From the NCBI GenBank assembly GCA_018829905.1, contig JAHJST010000005.1, positions 1-61,213 on the forward strand: a stretch of 61,213 bases of DNA, written 5' to 3'. Positions 15,953 to 26,387 of the stretch are shown piece after piece (the first letter of the stretch is position 1; every line of letters begins with the position of its first letter). The notes under the pieces are model-generated. The model saw only the letters and a list, made by a program, of their open reading frames with translations, did not search any database and was not told the origin of the DNA. The translations under genes were made by a program, and so were the position numbers. Origin of the DNA: Patescibacteria group bacterium. GTDB taxonomy: Bacteria > Patescibacteriota > Minisyncoccia > RBG-13-40-8-A.

Positions 15953-16714
15953 ATGATTAATAAAAAAATATTTCAACAAGAACTAGAAGACTGGGATAAA
16001 AATGCCCAATTTTATGCTGAAAAAAATACTCTTCCTTATTATCAAATAATTAATGATAAATTAATAAATTTTTATAAAATAAGTAAAAATGAAAAAATTC
16101 TTGAAGCCGGTGGCGGTGCCATTTTAACAACAGGCAATAATATTACCGTAATTGATTTTTCTAAAAAAATGATTGAATTAGCTAAAAAATTAAATCCATA
16201 TGGAAAATTTATTATAAGTAGCGTACATCAAATACCCACTGATGATAAACAATTTGATGTCATTATCGCCAATGACTTATTTCACCATGTTAAGGCGCAG
16301 GGGCTACTTGAGGCAACAGCAACAGAATTCAAAAGGGTGCTTAAAAACGATGGAAGACTTTGTGTATTTGAAAGATCATCAAGTCTAGTTCCTAAATTAT
16401 TTTTTTATCTAAGAAAACCATTCAAATCAATAATAAAAAAACATCAATGTTCCAGTAGAAACGAAGTTAGTTTTTCTAATAAAGACCTTAAACAAATATT
16501 GCAATGTGGCTTTAAAATTTATGAAAAAAAATACATATTTTCTCTGCCATTCCAAATATTGGCAGTTGCTATCAATGTAATACAATATCTCTTTGGATAT
16601 AAAATAACTTATCGACTTCAGGTAAAAACAAAAAAGATTGCAGCATTTTTAGAAAATAAATTTAATTATAAACATATTTGCGCTCAACAAATTTTTATAT
16701 TAAAAAAGAAATGA
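15953..16714 (+). CDS. class I SAM-dependent methyltransferase
   Basis: ILEAGGGAIL (motif I) and DVIIANDLFHHV. Confidence 0.7.
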   Translation: MINKKIFQQELEDWDKNAQFYAEKNTLPYYQIINDKLINFYKISKNEKILEAGGGAILTTGNNITVIDFSKKMIELAKKLNPYGKFIISSVHQIPTDDKQFDVIIANDLFHHVKAQGLLEATATEFKRVLKNDGRLCVFERSSSLVPKLFFYLRKPFKSIIKKHQCSSRNEVSFSNKDLKQILQCGFKIYEKKYIFSLPFQILAVAINVIQYLFGYKITYRLQVKTKKIAAFLENKFNYKHICAQQIFILKKK

Positions 16715-17691
16715 ACTATCCAAGCGTAACAATCCTAATACCAATTAAAAATGTAGCAAAATACATCAAAGAATGTCTTGATGCATTAATTAATCAAAAT
16801 TATCCACATGACAAATACGAAATTTGGCTTTTAGACAACAACTCTAATGATGGAACGTTAAAAATTGTAGCAAACTACCCTAAAAACAAGGTTAGGGTTA
16901 TTCAAACTGGAATTGATTCTCCGCCAATAAAATACAATAAAATTTTACCATCTATAAAAAACGAAATTATCGGACTAGTAGATGGAGATGCAAATGTCGA
17001 CAAAGAGTGGCTCAAAAAAACCGTTGAACAACTCAAAGATCCCAAAACAGCAGGAGCAACTGGAGTAATTTTAACAGCAAATAGCAAAAAGCTTATTCCA
17101 AGAATAATCGGGTATGAACTACAAGACAGATATGAAAAAATGCCAAAAGAGATAAAAAGAGCGGCTACAATGCACATTGTCTACAAGAAAAAAATAATTG
17201 AAGAGATTGGTGGATTTAACGAAAAGCTAAAAACCGGATACGATGCAGAAATTGGGCACAGAATAAATAATGCTGGATACAAAATAATCTTTGTTAAAGA
17301 TGCAAAGGTTTGGCACAATCATCGTGAAACACTAAAAGCTTTTTTTAAACAACAGTATGAATATGGAAAATTCGCTGTTATAAGATATTTAAAATTACCA
17401 AAAATGCTCAAGGGCGATGAAGTCTCTTCGTTTTGGATGATATCTCAACCATTGTTTTATTTAAGTTCAATTATTTTACTTATTTTCTGGTTTTTTTATA
17501 AATTCTCATGGTACTTAATACTTATACCAATATTAATTTTATTTATTTCCTATATATTTTCTACTCTTCGCTTAACAATAAAATACAAGGATCTTACAGC
17601 AATTTCTTTATTTATTATTTATTTAATAAGACCAATTGGTTGGACAGTGGGAGCAATTTCTGCACTCTTTTCGCTTTTTAGGTCTATTTAA
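16711..17691 (+). CDS. GT2-family glycosyltransferase with C-terminal TM helices
   Basis: VTILIPIKNVAKYIKECLDALINQNYP, LLDNNSNDGT, VDGDANV. Start at ATG 16711 (ATGA overlap with the upstream stop). Confidence 0.8.
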   Translation: MNYPSVTILIPIKNVAKYIKECLDALINQNYPHDKYEIWLLDNNSNDGTLKIVANYPKNKVRVIQTGIDSPPIKYNKILPSIKNEIIGLVDGDANVDKEWLKKTVEQLKDPKTAGATGVILTANSKKLIPRIIGYELQDRYEKMPKEIKRAATMHIVYKKKIIEEIGGFNEKLKTGYDAEIGHRINNAGYKIIFVKDAKVWHNHRETLKAFFKQQYEYGKFAVIRYLKLPKMLKGDEVSSFWMISQPLFYLSSIILLIFWFFYKFSWYLILIPILILFISYIFSTLRLTIKYKDLTAISLFIIYLIRPIGWTVGAISALFSLFRSI

Positions 17692-17694
17692 AAT

Positions 17695-18882
17695 ATGAAA
17701 ATTTGTATCTGCGTTAATGGTCGTGCACATGAAGGAGGAGTAACTTCTTATATTAATTCAGTATGTGATGGTTTAAGATTTTTAAACAGCCAAATAGATG
17801 TAATGACACTGTTTGGAATTTCACAATATAGAGAAACCAAAAATTCAATCGTTGAAAAAACCGACAAACTTCTTCTTGGCTCCCCCATAAAAACCATTAT
17901 TCTCTATTTTTTTAGTAAAATTATTATTGGATTACGACTAGTCTTTTATTATCCCATAAAAAGATGGAATATTATTTTTGCTCAAGATACTTCAATTGTA
18001 GGCGCCAGCAGATTACTTAGATTTTTATTTAAAATTCCATTAATACTAGTTGTTCATGGTTCTGTTGTGCTAGCCCTCGTTCATCAAAAAAAGATCAAAA
18101 AGAATGGATTTATTTGGAAATTAATGATAAATGAAGAAAAAAAAGCATACCGCAAAGCAAAATCAATAATCGCCAATAGCGATCATACAAAAAATCATAT
18201 CTTATCATTATGTCCAGAAATTAAAAATATCGCAGTAGTTCGTAATTTAGTTAACGAAAATATATTCTATAACGACACAAAAGCCAAAAAAGATGGACGA
18301 GAAAAATTTAAAATATCAACAGATACTTTTGTCGTTTTTTTTTCTGGCAGACTAACGGAGTTAAAAGGACCAATCTATTTACTTAAGTCTTTCGAAAAAA
18401 TTGCCAATGACAAAAAAATTATTCTTATTTATGCTGGAGATGGTCCAGAAAAAATTAATCTCGAAAAATATATTCAAGAAAAAAAATTGAATAAACAAGT
18501 AAAAATATTAGGCAATATTCCTTATGAACATATCGGAAAAATCTATAACATAGCAGATCTTCTTGTTGTGCCATCAATTACCATTGGCGAAGTACAAGAA
18601 CCACTGGGGATCGTTGCCCTAGAAGGAATGGCTATAGGAATTCCGGTTATTGCCTTTAGCGTTGGCGGGCTTAAAGAAATTATAAAAGATGGATATAATG
18701 GAATTTTAATTCCAGAAAAGGACATAAATAAATTAGCTCAATCTATTTTGAAAATCAAAAAAAATCCAGCACTTACTCAAAAATTGATTCAAAATGGAAA
18801 AAAAGAAATTAAAAAAGAATATACTACCAGGGTAGTTGCCCAAAGACTAATAAATATATTTCAAAAAATATTATCTAAATAA
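17695..18882 (+). CDS. GT4-type (Glycos_transf_1) glycosyltransferase
   Basis: C-terminal EX7E region EPLGIVALEGMAIGIPVIAFSVGGLKEII. Confidence 0.8.
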   Translation: MKICICVNGRAHEGGVTSYINSVCDGLRFLNSQIDVMTLFGISQYRETKNSIVEKTDKLLLGSPIKTIILYFFSKIIIGLRLVFYYPIKRWNIIFAQDTSIVGASRLLRFLFKIPLILVVHGSVVLALVHQKKIKKNGFIWKLMINEEKKAYRKAKSIIANSDHTKNHILSLCPEIKNIAVVRNLVNENIFYNDTKAKKDGREKFKISTDTFVVFFSGRLTELKGPIYLLKSFEKIANDKKIILIYAGDGPEKINLEKYIQEKKLNKQVKILGNIPYEHIGKIYNIADLLVVPSITIGEVQEPLGIVALEGMAIGIPVIAFSVGGLKEIIKDGYNGILIPEKDINKLAQSILKIKKNPALTQKLIQNGKKEIKKEYTTRVVAQRLINIFQKILSK

Positions 18883-18892
18883 ATCAATTGCA

Positions 18893-19756
18893 ATGCGAAA
18901 AAAATTATTATCAATATATAAAAAGATTAATAAAGTTTTTTTAGGAACCGGGATTAGAAGATTTAAAATTATTAAGGCTATAGACAATTTTATAGCACGT
19001 TTTTTAAAATCAAATTTTACTATAATTCAAGGACAAAAAATGTTTTTAGATTCTGAAGACTCTCTTCGTCTTTCACTTTCGGGAGTATATGAACCATTTG
19101 AAACAAAAATAATTAAAAGTGTAATCAAAAAAGACAATACAGTTATAGATATTGGAGCTAATATTGGATATTATACTTTATTATTTGCAAAACTTGTTGG
19201 AAGGAATGGAAAAATTATTGCTTTTGAACCAGACCCGGATAATTTTTTTTTATTGAAAAAAAATGTAGAAATAAATGGCTATAAAAACGCAACACTAATC
19301 CAGAAAGCAGTATCAAACAAAATTGGAACAACCAAACTGTATCTACACAAAAATGATAAAAAGCAACACAGCATATATAATTCAAACAATAGTCGTAAAT
19401 CCATTGAAATTGAATCTACGCGAGCAGACAATTACATTAATGAAAAAGTAGATCTTATTAAAATTGACATCGAAGGAGCTGAAGGAGAAACAATTAAAGG
19501 AATGAAAAATTTATTAAAAAAGAATAAAAAAATAAAAATTATCACAGAATTCAGTCCCTGTTCACTTGAAAACTCTAGCGTTAAATCAAAAGAATTTTTA
19601 GAACTACTTATTGGACATAATTTTAAATTATATGAGATAAATGAACCCAAAAAAGAACTAAAGCAAACAAGTCCCACCAAATTACTAAAAGCGTATACGA
19701 TCAGGAATAGAAAAGGAACAAACTTATTGTGTGTAAGACAAATAATGGTAAAATAA
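18893..19756 (+). CDS. FkbM-family methyltransferase
   Basis: VIDIGANIGYYTLLFA and KIDIEGAEGE blocks. Confidence 0.75.
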   Translation: MRKKLLSIYKKINKVFLGTGIRRFKIIKAIDNFIARFLKSNFTIIQGQKMFLDSEDSLRLSLSGVYEPFETKIIKSVIKKDNTVIDIGANIGYYTLLFAKLVGRNGKIIAFEPDPDNFFLLKKNVEINGYKNATLIQKAVSNKIGTTKLYLHKNDKKQHSIYNSNNSRKSIEIESTRADNYINEKVDLIKIDIEGAEGETIKGMKNLLKKNKKIKIITEFSPCSLENSSVKSKEFLELLIGHNFKLYEINEPKKELKQTSPTKLLKAYTIRNRKGTNLLCVRQIMVK

Positions 19757-19768
19757 TTCAAAAATTTA

Positions 19769-20641
19769 ATGAAACAAGATGATCTAGAAAGAAAAATAGA
19801 ACAATATTACAAAATAAGTAAAAAAACTTCTGGTACATTTAATTTTGGGGTTAGTAAAGAAAAAAAAGCATACATTAAAGAAATTTTTAAGAATAGCATC
19901 GGCGAAGAGATATATAAAATCATTCAAAAGCACAACCTTGAGCCCAAAAAATTAAAACTATTAGATATGGGGTGCGGACTAGGCGGAGTAATTTCGACCT
20001 GCGAAAAAAATAATATAGATGCTATTGGAATTGATGTAGACAAAGATGCAGTTAATATAGCCAAAGAAAGAATTAAAAAACCAGAAAACATATTAATAGC
20101 CAGCGGAGAAAGCCTACCATTTAAAGAAAATAGCTTTGATATAATAACAAGCACATGTACAATAGAACACGTTAATAATCCAAAAAAATATCTTTCTGAA
20201 GCATATCGCGTTCTAAAAAATAAAGGTCTTTTCATTATTTATGCTCCAAATCACTTATTTCCATGGGAGGGACATTATAAAATGCTATGGCTACCATATG
20301 CCTTGCCATACACAAAATTTATTTTTAAATTATATTTAATAATTAGACATAAAAAAACTAATTTTCTTAATAGTTTAAATTTTAAAATTACTCCCAATTA
20401 TTTAAAAAGTCTTTTAAAGAATATTGGCTTCAAAGAAATTCAAAACATTAGCATGGAAAGATTTTTAAAAAAAATAGAAAATCCTAAAGAAATAGCTAAT
20501 CCTGGATTAGAAAAAATTATTACAAAACTTAAAAAGAATAAACTATTAAATTTATTTTTAGGAACCCTTATTTTATTCCTGAAAATAACAAAATTATATC
20601 ATCCAATTATTTTTACGGCAAAAAAATCAAAACATGATTAA
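19769..20641 (+). CDS. class I SAM-dependent methyltransferase
   Basis: LLDMGCGLGGV (motif I) and DIITSTCTIEHV. Confidence 0.7.
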   Translation: MKQDDLERKIEQYYKISKKTSGTFNFGVSKEKKAYIKEIFKNSIGEEIYKIIQKHNLEPKKLKLLDMGCGLGGVISTCEKNNIDAIGIDVDKDAVNIAKERIKKPENILIASGESLPFKENSFDIITSTCTIEHVNNPKKYLSEAYRVLKNKGLFIIYAPNHLFPWEGHYKMLWLPYALPYTKFIFKLYLIIRHKKTNFLNSLNFKITPNYLKSLLKNIGFKEIQNISMERFLKKIENPKEIANPGLEKIITKLKKNKLLNLFLGTLILFLKITKLYHPIIFTAKKSKHD

Positions 20642-21605
20642 AAAAATTTTAAAAAATAAATGGTTTTTTCGATTGATTGGAATAGTAATCTTTATTTTTA
20701 TTTTAAATAAAATCAATTTAAAAGAAACGCTTTCTTTTTTCCTTAATCTTAATCTATCTTATCTAGTCTTAGCAATACTTATTATGGTTTTTGCCTCAAC
20801 CATAAAACCCTACCGCTGGCAATATATTCTAAAAACAATGAATATCAATTATTCATTTTGGCAAGTTTTCAGGTTATATTTTATTGGACTTTTTATGGGC
20901 ATAGTCACGCCAGGAAGACTTGGCGAACTTGGAAAAATTATTTATCTTAAAAAAAATAACCATTCTTTCGAAAGGTCTTTAGCAAGCATCATGATTGATC
21001 GTTTAGCCGATATATTCTATCTAATTATCTCTGGATTTATTGGTCTTTTTTTATTTTTTTATTTCTTTAAAAATCTAATAATTATAGGTTTTAGTATAAT
21101 TACAATTGGAATAATTTTATTTATAATAATTATAAAAATTAAGAAAGCTAAAATTATTCTTAAAAGATTGATTTTCATTCTTGTCCCCAAAAAATATAAA
21201 CAAAAAATTGAAAAATCATTTTCTGAATTTATTGAGAACATAAAACTATATAAATTCAAAAACTATTTTAAGATATTTATTTTAACCACTTTATCTTGGC
21301 TAGTATCCTATGTAGCTGTTTATTTTTTAACCAAAAGCATAGGAATGATGAATGTATCTTTTATTTATTTAACAGTCTCAATAACGATTGTTAGTCTTGT
21401 AACGCTTCTACCAATTTCCATATCCGGCTTGGGCACGCGCGAGGCTACTTTTCTTATGCTTTTTATTCCACTTGGATTTACTAATGAACAAATTATAAGT
21501 TTATCTTTATTAATTTTTATTACTAACTTTATAATTATTCCCATTATTGGTCTCTCGTGTTGGCTAATAACGCCAATAACAACAAATATAAAAAATCGTG
21601 TCTAA
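20634..21605 (+). CDS. UPF0104 / lysyl-PG-synthase-TM-like (flippase-type) membrane protein
   Basis: About 8 TM helices and a TPGRLGELGKIIYLKK loop typical of this family. Confidence 0.55.
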   Translation: MIKKILKNKWFFRLIGIVIFIFILNKINLKETLSFFLNLNLSYLVLAILIMVFASTIKPYRWQYILKTMNINYSFWQVFRLYFIGLFMGIVTPGRLGELGKIIYLKKNNHSFERSLASIMIDRLADIFYLIISGFIGLFLFFYFFKNLIIIGFSIITIGIILFIIIIKIKKAKIILKRLIFILVPKKYKQKIEKSFSEFIENIKLYKFKNYFKIFILTTLSWLVSYVAVYFLTKSIGMMNVSFIYLTVSITIVSLVTLLPISISGLGTREATFLMLFIPLGFTNEQIISLSLLIFITNFIIIPIIGLSCWLITPITTNIKNRV

Positions 21606-23064
21606 AATTTTACTAATCAACCCTCAATTTAATATCCCTCGTGCAAATTATGATGGAAGCCTTTCTATGGGCATTTTTTGTCTTGCCACTTATTTAGACC
21701 AAAAAGGAATTGAAGTAAAAATTATCGATTGTGCCAGACAACACCAATATCTAGACTTAATTAAAAAAGAACTACCAAATATAAAGTTTGTAGGAATATC
21801 TGTAATGACCACCCAATTACAATCTGCTCTTAATATCTCGAAATTAATAAAAAAATATAATAAAAAAATCATAATCATTTGGGGAGGATTTCATCCAACT
21901 CTTTTTCCAAAAACCACAATAGCTCATCCACTAATAGATGTTGCCGTAATTGGCGAAGGAGAAGAAACGCTTTGGGAAATTATTAATAAAAAAGGCAAAA
22001 ACCTCGAATCCATAAAAGGCATTGCATTTAAGAAAAAAAATAAAACAATAATAACCCCAGAACGACAATTACTAAAAATGGAGGACTTACCCACTCCAAG
22101 GTGGAAATTAATTCCACTGGATATTGTTAACAACTTATCAAAAATTCCCATACACACAAGTCGAGGCTGTCCACATAATTGCACATTCTGCGTAAATGCG
22201 ATTACAAAAAATCGATGGCGAGCCAGATCACCAGAACAAGTAATCAATGACATCAAAAGTGCTATATCTGGGCCATGCAAAGAGAAAAAACATATAGTCT
22301 TTTGGGATGAAAATTTCTTTGTTGATAAAAACAGGGCAAAAATTATAACGCAAGAAATAATAAACAATAATATAAATATCTACTGGAGTGCCAGCATTAG
22401 GAGCAGTTATTTTAATAATAAATTTATAAACAATAACTTTCTTGAATTAATGAAGAAATCCGGTTGTAACCTATTATCAATCGGAGCTGAATCTGGCTCG
22501 ATTAAAATACTTGAAAAAATAAAAAAAAACACAACCCCAGAAGAAATAATTTATTCAGCCAAGCAATGTATTAAATATAATATTGATCCAATTTATTCTT
22601 TCATGGCTGGTCTGCCAGGAGAAACCTGGCAAGATATTAAAAAAACTCTCTGTTTAATTAATGATTTAACAAAAATTAATCAAAGAGTAAAAATCATCGG
22701 ACCACAAACCTTTAGGCCATATCCTGGTTCACCACTATTTGAAGAATGTGTTTCAATGGGATTGCACCTTCCATTATCTCTTGAGGAATGGAGTAAATCA
22801 ATGAGTGGAGAATTAAACTATTTAGACTCTCGCCAGTTTCCTTGGTTAAAAAAACCAAATACAATCGAATCTCTAGATGTTATAGTGCGTCTTGGTGCTA
22901 ATCCACTAAAATATGCCTTGGGATTAGAAGTTAAAGCAAATAAAATTTTAAAATTTTTATTTATTTTTCTTTGCAGGGCCAGATGGAAACTTAAATTTTT
23001 TCATTGGCCAATAGAATATATTCTAGCAAAAAAATTTATCTCAAAATCTACTCCAGCAGATTAA
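21598..23064 (+). CDS. B12-binding-domain radical SAM protein (paralog 3)
   Basis: GTG start overlapping the upstream gene, TSRGCPHNCTFC, and an N-terminal KILLINPQ...IIIWGGFHP module. Confidence 0.8.
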   Translation: MSKILLINPQFNIPRANYDGSLSMGIFCLATYLDQKGIEVKIIDCARQHQYLDLIKKELPNIKFVGISVMTTQLQSALNISKLIKKYNKKIIIIWGGFHPTLFPKTTIAHPLIDVAVIGEGEETLWEIINKKGKNLESIKGIAFKKKNKTIITPERQLLKMEDLPTPRWKLIPLDIVNNLSKIPIHTSRGCPHNCTFCVNAITKNRWRARSPEQVINDIKSAISGPCKEKKHIVFWDENFFVDKNRAKIITQEIINNNINIYWSASIRSSYFNNKFINNNFLELMKKSGCNLLSIGAESGSIKILEKIKKNTTPEEIIYSAKQCIKYNIDPIYSFMAGLPGETWQDIKKTLCLINDLTKINQRVKIIGPQTFRPYPGSPLFEECVSMGLHLPLSLEEWSKSMSGELNYLDSRQFPWLKKPNTIESLDVIVRLGANPLKYALGLEVKANKILKFLFIFLCRARWKLKFFHWPIEYILAKKFISKSTPAD

Positions 23065-23079
23065 TTCTTGGTTATTTTT

Positions 23080-24678
23080 TTAATCAATTATTTTTATCTC
23101 AGTTGCACTTAAAATCTCTTTGCTTAATAATTCGTCAAAACCAGCTATGTGAGTAACACCAAATTTATTAAATGCCCATTGCAATTTATTCTCTCCTAAT
23201 AATCTTTTAATCGTTTTTGGGTCAAAATAAATATAATTATAATTTGTGTAATAATTAAGAAAAAGATAATCTCGCGGAACCACAATTATGTCTTCAGTAT
23301 TAATACTTGAAAAATTTTCTTTAATCATGTTCATTAAAATTATTTTTTCCTGAATCCCAGAATAAAGATAATTCTCGTGAAACATCCACTTATTTGACTG
23401 TATAAGGTGACCAAAGAAAACAAGTAAAATCGCCCCAGCCAACAAAAGGTAATTTCTTCTGCTCTGAATTATTTGTCGTAACCAATCTATAACCCAAAAA
23501 ACTCCCAAAGATATCAATAAAACTAACGGAAATCTTATTTCTAAAAAATGATCTTCATTGCTTGTCCTTAGACTAATCAGAACCAAAAAAAGAAAAACTA
23601 TCCACAAAATAGACAGATTGAAAAGCTTCTTATTTCTTTTGTGGAGAAAAATGGAGCCCAGCACCAAAAACAAAATAACAAACAGACCGCCCATTAATGG
23701 TTGACGAAAAAAGCCAGTAATATAATATTTAAAAGAAATAAAATGCATTTTAATCCTTGCTTTTAAACTATGTATATACCCATAACCAATTAAGGCGTTA
23801 ATTTCATCTCCCTCTGCTGTATCAATTTTTTCTTTAATAAATTCATCTTTTTCAAAATGATAAGTATATGGATCGGTAAAAAGATGTCCATCCCAAGCCA
23901 TTTCTGTTTTGGTGATATAGGAATTTTCTATGCCAGAAAAATAGTCTTGAAACATAAACCCTCCCCACAGTAAAACAACAGGCAAAATAAATACAAAAAT
24001 CCTTTTTGTGATCAACCACAGTAATTGCTTAATTGGTCTCCATTCTTTTTTATAAATAAAATTAGAATAAAAATCATAAAATAAAAATGGAATAAACGAA
24101 ATTAAAAACGCATTTCTGGCTAAAGATGCAAGACCAAAAAACAAACCACTAAATAATAATCTCCAAATGTTTGGTTTCTCTTTCCAGAGATAAATCGATA
24201 TACCGACTACAAAAAACAACATTGCCCATTCATAAAAGCCAAACCAATTTGATCCAGACAAAATAAATGGTAGAAAAATATCAACACCCGCAAATATTAA
24301 GGCTATACGAATATTAAATAATTTTAAAATCAATAAAAATAATAGAACAGTAGTAATTCCGTAAATAACCAAAGAAACATATAGTGGAATTTGTGGATTA
24401 AATCCAAAAACATTGAATATTTTACTATATAGAATCGGTGTTAGTTTATTACTACTACTATAGTTAATCCCTCGTTCTTTTATTAGTTCTGAAGACAATG
24501 CGATATCCATTTTATCTACAATCATATATTCTCCAGTTAAGCTTAGGTTTCTCGCCAAAATTAAATTAGTGGCATCAATGTTCCATGAAAATCCCTTATG
24601 ATAAATCGGCCAATAACGAACTAAAATAGAGATAATAAAAATTAAAAATATAATTAAAACTATATATTGTTTTTTCAT
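23080..24678 (-). CDS. large polytopic membrane protein, GT-C-like (ArnT/PMT-type) glycosyltransferase candidate
   Basis: About 530 aa with more than 10 TM helices and a C-terminal soluble domain, in a glycan-locus context. No catalytic motif verified. Start placed at ATG 24678 (MKKQYIV...). Confidence 0.45.
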   Translation of the reverse strand: MKKQYIVLIIFLIFIISILVRYWPIYHKGFSWNIDATNLILARNLSLTGEYMIVDKMDIALSSELIKERGINYSSSNKLTPILYSKIFNVFGFNPQIPLYVSLVIYGITTVLLFLLILKLFNIRIALIFAGVDIFLPFILSGSNWFGFYEWAMLFFVVGISIYLWKEKPNIWRLLFSGLFFGLASLARNAFLISFIPFLFYDFYSNFIYKKEWRPIKQLLWLITKRIFVFILPVVLLWGGFMFQDYFSGIENSYITKTEMAWDGHLFTDPYTYHFEKDEFIKEKIDTAEGDEINALIGYGYIHSLKARIKMHFISFKYYITGFFRQPLMGGLFVILFLVLGSIFLHKRNKKLFNLSILWIVFLFLVLISLRTSNEDHFLEIRFPLVLLISLGVFWVIDWLRQIIQSRRNYLLLAGAILLVFFGHLIQSNKWMFHENYLYSGIQEKIILMNMIKENFSSINTEDIIVVPRDYLFLNYYTNYNYIYFDPKTIKRLLGENKLQWAFNKFGVTHIAGFDELLSKEILSATEIKIID

Positions 24679-25927
24679 GATAAAAAAAATAAAATCAATA
24701 ATAATAAAACTCCTTATAATATCCCAAAAAAATACAGGAACTGACAATATCTACATTGCCAAGCATGGTTCTTATTTGATGATTGGGAACATTATTAGCA
24801 TGGCCACTGCATTTCTTTTGTCTATCGCTTTTGCAAATATTATTTCCCAAGAAACATATGGAGAATATAGATACATATTGTCAATTATGACAATATTAGC
24901 CATTACCTCACTTGAAGGAATTAATGTAGCCATTATTCAGGGAGTAAGCAAAAAATCTGAAGGCGTTTTTTTAAATGGACTTAAAACAAAATTAAAATAT
25001 AGTTTTTTGGGAAGTATTTGTTCTGTTTTTATTGCCATTTATTTCTGGTTTCAAGGAAATATTGAATTTACTATATCCTTATTAATTATAGCCTTTTTTC
25101 TTCCACTATTCAAAGGTGGAGAAACTTATCAGTACTTCCTAGACGGCAAAAAATTATTTAACAAAAGAGTTGCCTATACTACTATAATTCAAATTTTATC
25201 TACCATTTCAATCATAATAACCTTACTTATAACCAAGAATCTCATTATATTAATCTTGATCTACTTTCTTTCTTATTCTTTATTAAGAATGTTTTTCCTT
25301 TTTTGGACAATTAAAAAAAACAAACCAAATAAAATTAATGACAAAAAAATGATTGCCTATGGAAAACATTTAAGTTTAATGGGAATTATAAATCTTATCA
25401 CTCAGCAAATTGATAATGTTTTTTTATTCTACTTTGTTGGCCCAATACAACTAGCTATTTATTCTTTCGCCGCTTTCCCAATACAGCACATTAGAGGACC
25501 TCTTAAAATTATTCAGGAATTAGCCATACCCAAGCTTTCCGTCAGATCAGAAAATGATATTAAAAAAACATTACCAAAAAAACTTTTGAAAATGACCATA
25601 CTAATTGTTTTCGGAATTATAATATATATTATTCTCGCTCCATACTTTTTTAAAATATTCTATCCTCAGTATATTGAATCAATACCCTATTCAAGACTAT
25701 TGGCTTTTACTCTTTTAGCCTTTCCAATGTCAATGATGGTTCTCTCTCTTCAGGCAAAAATGAAAACAAAAAAACTTTATAAAATAAATATATTAATTCC
25801 AATTATTAAAATAGTTCTTTTTGCTATTTTAATTCCTCTTTATGGAATTTTGGGTGTTATAATTGCTATATTAATATCACAAATTTTTTATTTTTTTATT
25901 GCTTATTTTTTCTTTAAAAAAATGTAA
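24677..25927 (+). CDS. Wzx-like oligosaccharide flippase (MOP superfamily)
   Basis: 416 aa with about 12 TM helices, and the N-terminal pattern typical of polysaccharide biosynthesis flippases. Confidence 0.6.
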   Translation: MIKKIKSIIIKLLIISQKNTGTDNIYIAKHGSYLMIGNIISMATAFLLSIAFANIISQETYGEYRYILSIMTILAITSLEGINVAIIQGVSKKSEGVFLNGLKTKLKYSFLGSICSVFIAIYFWFQGNIEFTISLLIIAFFLPLFKGGETYQYFLDGKKLFNKRVAYTTIIQILSTISIIITLLITKNLIILILIYFLSYSLLRMFFLFWTIKKNKPNKINDKKMIAYGKHLSLMGIINLITQQIDNVFLFYFVGPIQLAIYSFAAFPIQHIRGPLKIIQELAIPKLSVRSENDIKKTLPKKLLKMTILIVFGIIIYIILAPYFFKIFYPQYIESIPYSRLLAFTLLAFPMSMMVLSLQAKMKTKKLYKINILIPIIKIVLFAILIPLYGILGVIIAILISQIFYFFIAYFFFKKM

Positions 25928-25948
25928 TTATACAAATAATTATAAATT

Positions 25949-26386
25949 TTATTTTATTAATTTAATAAATATCTTTCTTCTTGGTTGATACAACCGAAAA
26001 AAAAATATTTTATCTTTTACTTTTTTATAAGAAAATTTCTCAAGCATTTTTTTAATTTCTTTTGTTTTATATCTATATTTATGAGTAGAATCTTTGGCCA
26101 ATAGTCTTTTTTTTGTCCAATCTTTATCAATCTTTATATTAGCTAATTTCCCTCTTTTTAAAACTCTATAAATTTCATCAAAAAATCTCTGAGTCTCTTT
26201 TGGAAGAAAGTGTTCTATTAAATGCGAAGATTGAATTTCATCAATAGAATCATTTTCAATCGGCAAATCTAAAGCAGAAGCAATTATATCTGCATCGCTA
26301 TTAGGATCGATGTCTATACCAACAAATCCCTTCTTTTTTCTTTCTCCACAACCAATATCAAGTTTTATTACTTTGTTTTTAATCAT
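25949..26386 (-). CDS. small class I SAM-dependent methyltransferase
   Basis: KLDIGCGERKKKGFVGIDI and SSHLIEHF. Confidence 0.65.
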   Translation of the reverse strand: MIKNKVIKLDIGCGERKKKGFVGIDIDPNSDADIIASALDLPIENDSIDEIQSSHLIEHFLPKETQRFFDEIYRVLKRGKLANIKIDKDWTKKRLLAKDSTHKYRYKTKEIKKMLEKFSYKKVKDKIFFFRLYQPRRKIFIKLIK

Positions 26387-26387
26387 T

